From Marsupella aquatica (taxonomy: Eukaryota > Plantae > Marchantiophyta), in assembly GCA_973895155.1 (NCBI GenBank), contig OZ316894.1:9771440-9835439 (forward strand): a DNA stretch of 64,000 nucleotides. The letters run 5' to 3'. Below the pieces are notes generated by a model. It made no database searches. It was not told the origin of the DNA and saw nothing but the letters and a program-made list of their open reading frames with translations. This document shows, piece by piece, positions 28,887-38,333 of the stretch. Position numbers and translations under genes: made by a program. Each line of letters opens with the position of its first letter. The stretch's first letter is position 1.

Positions 28887-29598
28887 TGTCGTGACATATA
28901 GTATCGTAGCCATAGTGTATCGAAAACATACAAGTCACCGGCAATGCATATGTGCAAGCTGCTAGCAACCAACATCCTGAGAAAAATTCCAATCACATTC
29001 ACAAGTGCCAAGAAAAAGCAACTGAGGTGGTATGTACGTAGTGGAGGTGTAAACCTCTGTATATAAAAGGCGTAAGAGAAACAATTGTACTGAAATTGAA
29101 TTGTAAACCGGCAGGATGCCAAGATCGGCCGGGAGCATCTAACGAATCACTGTGTGAATCCCGTGTACGGAACCGACGAGCACTGTCTGAGCTCTGTCAA
29201 CAGCGATTCAAGAAGAACTAAAAATGGCAAAGAAATACATGCCCTAAGTAGGACCGGGTCCAGGCGTCACACTAACAAACACCTTTGCTTCAAGAACGGC
29301 CCAGACTCGCTACAAGAACATGACACTAACTCAAGTAGTACACTAGCCCTAACTATATACCTAGCGGGCATGCGAGGGACATGCCGATGTGCACAAGAGG
29401 CACTGTCCCTCGGCATGACAGCTGTCGTGACATATAGTATCGTAGCCATAGTGTATCGAAAACATACAAGTCACCAGCAATGCATATGTGCAAGCTGCTA
29501 GCAACCAACATCCTGAGAAAAAGTCCAATCACATTCACAAGTGCCAAGAAATAGCAACTGAGGTGGTATGTACGTAGTGGAGGTGTAAACCTCTGTAT
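28887..29598 (-). repeat. 3' terminal repeat block A1-B1-GC-A2 (A 176 bp, B 358 bp)
   Basis: By eye, A1 vs A2 differ at about 3 positions and B1 vs B2 at about 7, mostly C/T or G/A transitions. Confidence 0.95.
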
Positions 29599-29605
29599 CC
29601 CCCCC
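29599..29605 (-). promoter_or_regulatory. Polypurine tract (G7) abutting repeat A2
   Basis: Minus strand TGGTCTGGGGGGG|ATACAGAGG, ~35 nt after the pol stop codon at 29638-29640. Confidence 0.7.
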
Positions 29606-29655
29606 AGACCACAGCCAAAAGGAGGGCTGAAGAAAATTCAGGTAGCACGTGGAGC

Positions 29656-29790
29656 ACAGGAAGGGCAAAACCATAACCCTTCTGGCACCTGGGTAAGTTC
29701 AGGCCGAAGGCAGAAAAGATGGTACCCTCCATTGCAATTGTCACACAGCAGCATCTGGTCAGCATCATCAATTCGCAAACACACTTTGCA
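29656..29790 (-). other. PHD finger at the integrase C-terminus
   Basis: CKVC-LRIDDADQMLL-CDNC-NGGY-HLFC-LRPELTQVPEGLWF-CPSC fits C4HC3 spacing with the conserved W before the last Cys pair. Confidence 0.92.
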
Positions 29791-32700
29791 AGGGTAGTCC
29801 ACAGGTGGAATCCAAGTAGAAGTCACAATGGTGGGATCCAGGTTAGGCAGATGACAAGGGGCGCAATTCTTGGCATTGTCAACAATTGTGCGCCCATCTG
29901 CCCCTTGTAACTCTAGCACTCCAGACGGTCGAATAGTTGTGACCCTGAGAATAGTGTGACTGGTAGAGGTGTCCAGGGTGTCGTTAGCTTGCCGCTGCAA
30001 GTACACAAAATCTCCCGCAAAATCTCCCACTTCAAACTTCCTGACCTTGGGCTGAAAAGTGCCCCCTCGTGTGTGTGCATAACGCAGTGTGTCCCTGTGC
30101 TGGGCAATGGCCAAATTCTCCATGGCCATGGGCATAACCCTCCTGAATAGGGCAGCCCTCTCAAAGATCACATCAGACCAAGTCACAGCTGAATCCAAGT
30201 CTACCACCTGAAGCATGTGAGAAGCAATAGCAGAAGGTGGAACTGGGTGACGACCAAACAACAAGAAGTAGGGAGAAAAGTTAGACAGTGATGCATGTCT
30301 GGACATCCTATACCCCATGGCAATGTAGGGTAAGGCCAGGTCCCAATCCTCCTTGTTTTTGGTGAGGCAGATCTTTCGAAGGCCCTTCTTGCATGTCTGA
30401 ACCATGCGCTCTGCCAAGCCATCTGCCTGTGGGTGATCTCGTGATGTCCGGCGATGATCAATGAGAGCCTGATCAAGCAGCTCCTGGAACTCTCCTCTAA
30501 ACTCTGAGCCCTGGTCAATGAGACATTCTGCACAAGTTCCAAAGCGGCTGAGAACTTGTTGTAGGAATGCCTGGCTGGTGCTACGGGAGGTCTTATCCGA
30601 CAATGCCACAAGTTCTATCCACTTGGAGAAATGCTCTATCATGATCATGATGTAGAGATTACCCCGTGATCTCTACCCGGTGTGAGATGTGAGGGGTAAT
30701 TCTCCAGCCAAATCACATGACCAATGATAAAACATGCCCTGAATAGGGAGTGGATGAAGTGTGGGTTGCCGAGATGTGAAAGAAGTCCTTACCCTATCAC
30801 ACTGCTCACACCGGGCAATAACATCTCGAACCTGGCCATGCATGCCTCTCCAATGATAATGGGGGACCAAGAGGCTATAAGTCCTCTTAACACCAAAATG
30901 ACCAAGCTCAGAATGTACCTTACGGATAAGGCCAACGCTCTCATGAATGGGTGGAACCACCACTTCCCTGTCTGGCAAGCAGCGCACAAGATGATCTCCC
31001 TTCCACAAGTAGCGCTTGGACCTTTGCTGAATTCGGTCTCTCTGGGCAGCAGTAACATGGGTGGGGTACTCCCCATGCTGCAGAAATCTCAAAGTGTCGC
31101 TGTCCTCCCATATGTCCACCACAGGTTGGTCAACGATGTAGCATGGCAGCAAAGCAAGATAGGTAGATGCATGAAATGTAGGCAGGATGGAAACCTGGTC
31201 AAAATCCTGCCGTGCATCTGAGGGATCATCAGAGGCAATCAAAGGGCTGCGGGACATAGTGTCAGCATTTTGATGTGTCACACCAGGCCTATGAATTATC
31301 TCAAAATCATACTCCTGGAGTATGAGTGCCCAACGAGCAAGCTTGCCAGTAAGCTTGTCGTTGGTCATCAACCACTTCAAGGGCTGGTGGTCGGTGTAGA
31401 GAACAAACCTGGTCCCATAGAGGTAGGGCCTATAATGTATGACAGCCCACACAACAGCAAGGCATTCACCCTCATAAGAAGAATAATGACTCTCTGCCTG
31501 ATTGTTGCTCTTGGATGCATAGGCAATGACGTACTCTTTACCTTCCTCATCATGTTGGCCCAGAATGGCACCAATCCCAAGGGCACTCCAATCTGTGTGT
31601 AGCACAAAGACCTTGCTGAAATCAGGTCTTCTCAGCACCAGGTATTCTGAGAGCTTCTCCTTCAAAGTGGCAAATGCTGCCTCAGCATCTGTACTCTATG
31701 TCCAAGTCACATTCTTTTTCAACAAAGCATACAATGGGTGTGCAATGGTACTGAAATCTTTGATGTAGATCCGGTAGTAATTGCACAACCCAATAAAACT
31801 CCTCAAAGTGTGAACATCGGTAGGAGTGGGCATTTCCAAGATGGATACCACCTTGGCCCAGTGAGCCATGGTTCCATTTGGAAGAATGCGATGCCCAAGA
31901 TATACTACTGATCTGACAGCAAATTCACACTTCTTGGGGTGTATCTTTAGGTTCACCTTCTTAAGCCTCATGAATAGCTCCTCAAGGTCAAGTAGATGCT
32001 GGTCAAATCCTTTGCTGTGGACCAACACATCATCAATGTAGCATTTCAGAAACTCAGCACCTTGAAGAACCTGGTCCATGACTCTTTAATTGAAAGAATA
32101 TGGGCGCATTCTTCAAGCCAAATGGCATCACCAACCACTCCCATAGTTGGTTACTACCATGGAAAGTTGTTTTCTTGCGGTCCTTTGCAAGCAGCAAAAT
32201 CTGGTTGAAGCCTTGCCTTAGATCCACAAGAGTGAAGATGTCTGAGTCTCCAATGCTGTCAAATAGCTCCTCTGGCCGCGGCATGGGGTACCTGTCCTGG
32301 GGTGTGACCAGGTTCAATGGCCTGTAGTCCCCACACATGCGCTTCTCTGTCCACAATCCACTGGAATCCTTCTTTGCTGGCATCACTGTAGGTGCCACAA
32401 AATCTGATGTAGATGGCTGAATAAGACCAGCTTCATAAAGCTCTTGACACCTCTCATCCACCAGCTGCCACTCATGCTTACTCAAACGGTGTCTCCGCCT
32501 GAAGATAGGTGTTTCATCAGCCAACTCAATGGAGAACTGCATAGTCTTGCACTTACCCAAGTCCTTCATAGAGAAAGCAAAGTGACACATTCTCATGCTT
32601 GAGGAGCAAATTCAGCAGCTGGTCCTTCTGTCTTTTACTCAGGTGGTTGCCCGTGATAAATGTGTAGTTGGCAACACTAGGAATAGGACCTGATGTACTC

Positions 32701-32999
32701 GTGCTTGAAGAGCCAGAAGTGCCAGCCTCTCCACTGTCCAAGCTGCTAGCATGCTGCTGATAAGGTGATGAGGCCTCTCCAAGGCCTGTTGTACCTGCTG
32801 ATCCGAAGTGGTCCACACCATGAAACTCAGAAATAATGTCAGCCGCATTACAAGGGACCTCCTCCCCCCCAACACTTGGACTGAAGTGGTGAGTGTTGGA
32901 CAGAGGTAAGTGCACCTGGTCTGGATGCCACGCAGCAGCACTGTGGAGTGGTAGGGCTGGAGCTCCTAATGCTGGAGGAATGTACATCTGAAAAAGGAT

Positions 33000-33955
33000 G
33001 CAAGTGACCAGAAGCCAAGTGAGAGCATTGAGATCCATTACCCTGCCAAGTAAAGCATTCCTGGCCAGCCTGGTGATTTTGGTGTGACCTGTAGTACCGG
33101 GTTGGAAGCCCATAGCCCATTCTCTCTCCTCAGGACTAGGTTCATCCCATGTACCGGTAGAATGTTGATAAACCAGACCAGGACCATCACCCTGAAAAGC
33201 ATGTGCACCTGGAAAGGACACAAATGTAGGCCAAGCAGCACGGGGTTGTCCAATGGTATTGGCTGGATACCAAGGTGCTGGCTCTTGCCGTGTAACTGGT
33301 TGGCAAGAACTGTCAGGATCCAAAATCTGGTCCACTATGAGGTTAGTATCCCTGGATGTGTGGTGAATCTGAGCTAACTCCAACAAGGAAGGTGGTGCAA
33401 GGTTAGTCCAAAAGTTACGAAGACGATGTGCATAAGAACCACAATGCACTGCATCAATGAGAAGGGGTGGTCCCAAGTAGTGCTGGACCACACTGAAATC
33501 CTCTTTGACCTGTGGACGCTGGTCAAACTGAGATGGAGTATTCTCAATGATATAACCAACAGCAGGATAAAGGGATTGAGTCCAGGTGAGAGTCTGAACC
33601 AATGCTGTGAAAAGGCCAGAACGAGAATCATGCAGCCCAACACCGTGACCAGCAGCTGAAAACCCTTGGCATTCCCAACCAGCTATGATCAAATCAAGGG
33701 AGCCAAGAAGGGTTAAGTGCCGATGCTGGACAAGCTGGATATCTGGAGGAAAGAAAGAAAATGCAGACTTCCATGCACTGTGTGGAAACTGCTGGGGAAA
33801 TCGCTCTGAAAATTCCAGCAGACGAGATTCAGCCACTTGCCTTGCACCTGGATCAATATCCACATAGATGTACTGCTTCACCACCATGCCAAACTTTAGG
33901 AGAGCTTCCAGGCCTGTAGAAATGCCACCAAAAAGCTCAAGCAATGTAAGGCCAT
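33000..33955 (-). other. C5 cytosine DNA methyltransferase domain (DNMT3-like, unpermuted) inside Pol
   Basis: Motif I LELFGGIS, II YVDID, III DIQLV, IV IAGWECQGFS, V DSRSGLF, VI IIENT, VIII AHRLRNFWTN, IX EEREWAMGF, X RNALLGR, all in order in ORF 32553-34154. Confidence 0.9.
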
Positions 33956-36900
33956 CTGAAGGAGGAGTCCATGTAACTGGTGCGCTCAAGATTGGGGCTA
34001 TTGGTTGTCCATTATGCTGCCCAAGGTCCTCAAATTTGTGCAATGCAGCCACCAAAGGTCCATGGGCTGCTTGGAGCCGTTGTACCACCTCTGGTTGATG
34101 ATCCACGTTGCTGGAAAGTGCTGCTATACGTGCAGCAGCATGTGCAGTAGCCACCTCATCATCATCCTTCTCAATCCAATCCTACAATGGGTGGTTGACA
34201 TAGGTAGCTGTGTGCACTTCTTTCAACACACAGTGGTGAGCCATAGGTGTATGGACACCATGCAAATCAAGTGGAATGTAGCCCAAGTGTGAGCCATCCG
34301 TATGCCAATCAACTCTGTAGTATGCATGCTCATGCCAGTTGTCAATGGTAAAACCTGGTGGGAACAAAGCCTCCTGGCCAATGAGCACATCATACGTAGT
34401 GGCATTGGTAACCAAACATCTGACTAGGAAATGTAGTTCCTGATCTGTACCTCCATTAAAAGTGAGAGTGAGTAAAGTAGAACTCTCACCCACCACATCC
34501 TCCACAGTGCCACTAGCAGTCTGAATGTGCCACCTGGATATATTGCTGTAAATGATCAGTCAGCAGTCCCATCTTCTTGGCAAACTGAATGCCCAAGATT
34601 ACTGGTTGAGCGCCTGTGTCTAGCATGACCACCTGAGGAGTGTGACCCTCCAACTTGACTGCTGAATTCCTGTTGTCAACAATGGCAATGGTGGTGGAAA
34701 CTAAAATCCTATCACTAGGCACCACTTTTGGCAAATGATGAGGTACCTTGTGAAGGGAGTTAGTGTCCATGGTCTTCCCACTCAACAGCATAGCCAAGAA
34801 AGATGGAGTAGCGTGACCAGAATCAAGTGTAGCTCTGGTCACACAATCTGCAGCAATATTATCATCTCTACCACTAGAAATCGGTACTGGGATGGCCAAA
34901 CCAGTGGAAGCATGCAATGGAGAAGAAGAAGGTCCAGTATTTACATGAGATTGGACCTCCAAAACCGGTGTCACAGGGGCTGATGAAGAATGCAGTGAGC
35001 CCTCTAGCACTCTGATGACAGCTCTAGCATCTAGCTGTAAATCATGGCAATTGAAAAGTGGAGTGGTAAGAATCCTTTGTGCCATACCGGAGGTGAAATG
35101 CTCAAGCAGCTCAGGAAAAACAACTCCCTGTGAAATGTCAGCAGCACCTGGTGGTGGAATGGATGTAGCTACAGCTCCCTCCCCCCTCGCCAACAAGGTG
35201 CGCTCTTCAGCAAGTGTGAGTGGCTGAAAAGATTGGGGCATGACAACCCGAGCTCCCCTGGCTCTAGTCATAGGACCAGTAGCAAGACCATCAGCCTGTA
35301 CAATGCGGCGTGTGGGAGCAATACGGGAGGCAGCACTGGCCTGCTGGTAAGCAAAATAGGAAGGGCAGAATGAATCTGAAAATTCTGTTGTAAGGCCAGG
35401 CTGTGTAGCAGAGGACAGCACACACTCACCCATATGAGCATCAAATGGCAAGCCATAGAAAGAGCGGGGTATGGGTGCTGAACTGTCAGTGGTGCTTGGG
35501 CCAGGGATGGGTTGCACGTGACCAGCCGGTTGAGAAGGACCAGCAGAGGCAGTGAACTTGCCTTTGATGTTGGCAAGTTGGGCACGTAATGACTCAACCT
35601 CATGAGTCAGAGACTGGAGTTGAGTTGCCTGTGCGTTGTGAGCCTCCTTCTGAGCTGGTTGCTTCTGTTGCTGCTTGGGCAATTTGTTAGCACTGGAGGC
35701 TTTGCCACTGGAAGGAGGAGCAACTGATGCAGTAGGAGCCCTCCTAGCTAGTGGGGGAGTGGAAATAGGAGTAGGATGAGTGGCCTGCTGTCGTAGCTGC
35801 TTCCTCTCGGGGAATTTGGCAAAACAAACTGCCTCCAAGTGGCCCACTTTCCCGCAAAAATCACAAGACAGGTCCTCAGCAACAATATCATATTCATTAG
35901 CCTTGTGATTAGGGTTACCACAGTAGTTGCAAGATGGCAGCATGAAAGCAGCATGTGCTGGCTTGGTCTTGGAACCATACTGTGGCACATGGGGAGGAGT
36001 GGCCAGTGTAGGGGCAGCAGCCTGGTACCTGGATCGCGGTGGACGCGCAATACTGGCCTCATAATGTGCATGGGGCCAACTCAAGTTTCTCAGCAGTGTC
36101 ATAGACATTGAGCAAGGTGTAGCTGTCTCCAAACTCTGAGAATACTTGCTGCAACACTTGCAAATGGAGAGCTGGTGTGCCCTCCAATACGCGAAGATAG
36201 CGATGAGCAGCTTCCAGGTCAGTGATGCTCTGGGTGTCCTCCTTCAGCTTGAGAAGCCGGCGATACATCATCTTCAATGTTTCATCGCGCTGCCTCACAA
36301 AGGTGGCCAACTGCATGATTTTATCAGCACTCTTGATTGGGAATTCCAATTCAAGAACCTGGAAAAACTCAACCACTAGATCAGTGAAGGCAGGAGAATC
36401 AATGGTGGGAGAAATTGTCTGATGTAGCCTGTGCCAAGACAGTGGGAGTAACTGGCGCAGTGGTGGGAACTGGAGTAGGAGGGGAAGTGGTAGGAGCAGC
36501 AGCATGGGCTGCAATGGCATTCTGTAAGGCCAATTGTGAGGCTGCCACAATTGCACTGGCATAGGTAGGGTTAGGCAACTGTGTGACAGCAAGCAGCCGT
36601 TGAGAGTGCTGCTCATACACATCCAAAGCCTCATGGTGCACATACCTAGCTAGCTGCTTAAATGCAAAAGCATTTGTGAAATTGCTACCATACTTCAACT
36701 CCAATTCATAAACGACAGTGTAGAAAGTGGATTTGAACTCGCGTAAAGAGACAGTGCCTGGCCGACCGCTGAAGCGCTCAATGCGGCCAGATGAGTGGCT
36801 GGACTCCATGCTGTATGTCGGTGAAGCAGGAACAACCACTGATGCAGAAGGAGTAAATGGCAATGAAGTGATAGCAGGCTTCGGAGTAGTGGTGAAGCGC

Positions 36901-37975
36901 CCGCCAAATGTAGCAGAAGGATTGCGTGGTGTGGGTGCTGTTGCTGTCTGCTGACGTCGTCGAAATTGCAGAAATTGCCGAGATTCGGGCTCTCCTTGCT
37001 CTCCTTGCTCTCCTGCCTGGAAATCTACTCCTGAGAGGAGGGAATCGCTCCCCCCCTCCCCTCTTTTAATGTTGTATTGGGCTTCGTGCCCTCTCCTGGC
37101 AGTCGCTCCCCCTCCTCCCTGCTTTAATTCTCCATAGGCCTCCGTGCCTGGCAGAAGACTCCTGAGGGAAGGAGTCGTATGGACTCCCCCCCTCCATTTA
37201 ATGTAGCATAGGGCCTCGTGCCCACTCCTTGCTTGGCTGCCTCAGTTCTGTCTCCCTGCTTTCGCTTGTGCTTGGCTGCCCCTCCCCTGCTTTAATACTG
37301 CCTAGGGCCTCGTGCCCTCGTTTCGCTTCCCCTCCCCTCCTCTAATGCCCTGTAAGTTGGGCCTCGTGCTTGGCAGGACTCCCGAGGGGAGTCGACGTGA
37401 ACTCCCCCTCCCTCTTCAATTCTTCATAGGGCCTCGTGCCCTCGGTTCTCGCTCCCTCTCCCTTGTTTAATTGCAACGGCAGGAAGCTGGCAGCGGCATC
37501 GGGAAACGGCGAGGCAAAAGAGTGAGGCGAGATGAAGCAAAAATGGCCGGGAAAGGGAGAAGTGCCGAGGGGAGTCACTTGGCCGAGAACGTAAGGATGT
37601 AATAGGGGCTCGGTCCTATGCAGTCGCAAGGTAGTCGCGAGGTGGCCGAGGCAAACTCGCCGGCAGCCGTGGCCGGAAATGCAAAAATGACCCCAAAAGC
37701 AGTCGAGCAGTCGACAGCAGCAGGTCGGCAGCAATCGGCAGCGACAGTAAGAAGGAGCAAAGGAGTCGCGGGTGCAACCAGAAAAGGAACTCCGGACCCC
37801 TCGGGAGCATTGATATGTGTATACACTTAAGTATACACATAACAACATAAATCCATAACTTTCAGCTCGTCGCTCCGATGTTCGTAGAAGAAATTGCAAT
37901 GACTTCACCAGAAATTATCGAACCCGCCACAAGCAATCTTCTTCCCCTCACTGCCATCTCAAGAGTTCTTCTTGA

Positions 37976-38333
37976 ATAAAAGGTGTAAGAGAAACAATTG
38001 TACTGAAATCGAATCGTAAACCGGCAGGATGCCAAGATCGGCCGGGAGCATCTAACGAATCACTGTGTGAATCCCGTGTACGGAACCGACGAGCACTGTC
38101 TGAGCTCTGTCAACAGCGATTCAAGAAGAACTAAAAATGGCAAAGAAAAACATGCCCTAAGTAGGACCGGGTCTAGGCGTCACACTAACAAACACCTTTG
38201 CTTCAAGAACGGCCCAGACTCGCTACAAGAACATGACACTAACTCAAGTAGTACACTAGCCCTAACTATATACCTAGCGGGCATGCGAGGGACATGTCGA
38301 TGTGCACAAGAGGCACTGTCCCTCAGCATGACA
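37976..38333 (-). repeat. 5' terminal repeat B2 (half LTR) with TATA-like box
   Basis: Near-identical to 29063-29420. Minus strand starts TGTCATG; TATATA at ~38267-38272. Confidence 0.93.

Larger units (their letters stand above)
29638..37020 (-). pseudogene. Disrupted gag-pol polyprotein: Gag, two CCHC knuckles, aspartic protease, C5-DNA methyltransferase, RT, RNase H, integrase, PHD
   Basis: CNYCGNPNH and CDFCGKVGHLEAVC knuckles; LDTGA and YDVLIG protease; MPFGLKNAP and CYIDDVLV RT; HTDWS, EGECLA, TDHQPL, NADTMSR RNase H; HHCC and WSCDL/IDQGSEF/GLAER integrase. ORF pieces are separated by about 5 frameshifts and in-frame TAG stops at ~34182, ~31696 and ~30673. 5' end uncertain. Confidence 0.92.
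28887..38333 (-). mobile_element. Ty3/Gypsy-type retrotransposon with split/permuted terminal repeats, encoding a DNA cytosine methyltransferase and a PHD finger
   Basis: TGTC..GACA termini; 4-bp TSD TCCT (28883-28886, 38334-38337). Repeats A1 28887-29062, B1 29063-29420, GC, A2 29423-29598, B2 37976-38333. Pol order PR-(DNMT)-RT-RH-IN. Confidence 0.93.

Noticed and set aside
28887-29420. A1+B1 read as an ordinary 534-bp TG..CA LTR of a standard element
   Set aside because: The other end has only B, an extra A sits internally next to the PPT, and both half-copies break at the same nucleotide. A conventional LTR pair does not fit.
29154-29501. ORFs MNPVYGTDEH.. here and at 38067-38441
   Set aside because: Antisense frames within repeat B, with GTG starts and no recognisable domain.
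28887-38333. DIRS/PAT-type tyrosine-recombinase retroelement
   Set aside because: The repeat layout is similar, but no tyrosine recombinase ORF is evident; a protease, a DDE integrase and a 4-bp TSD are present.
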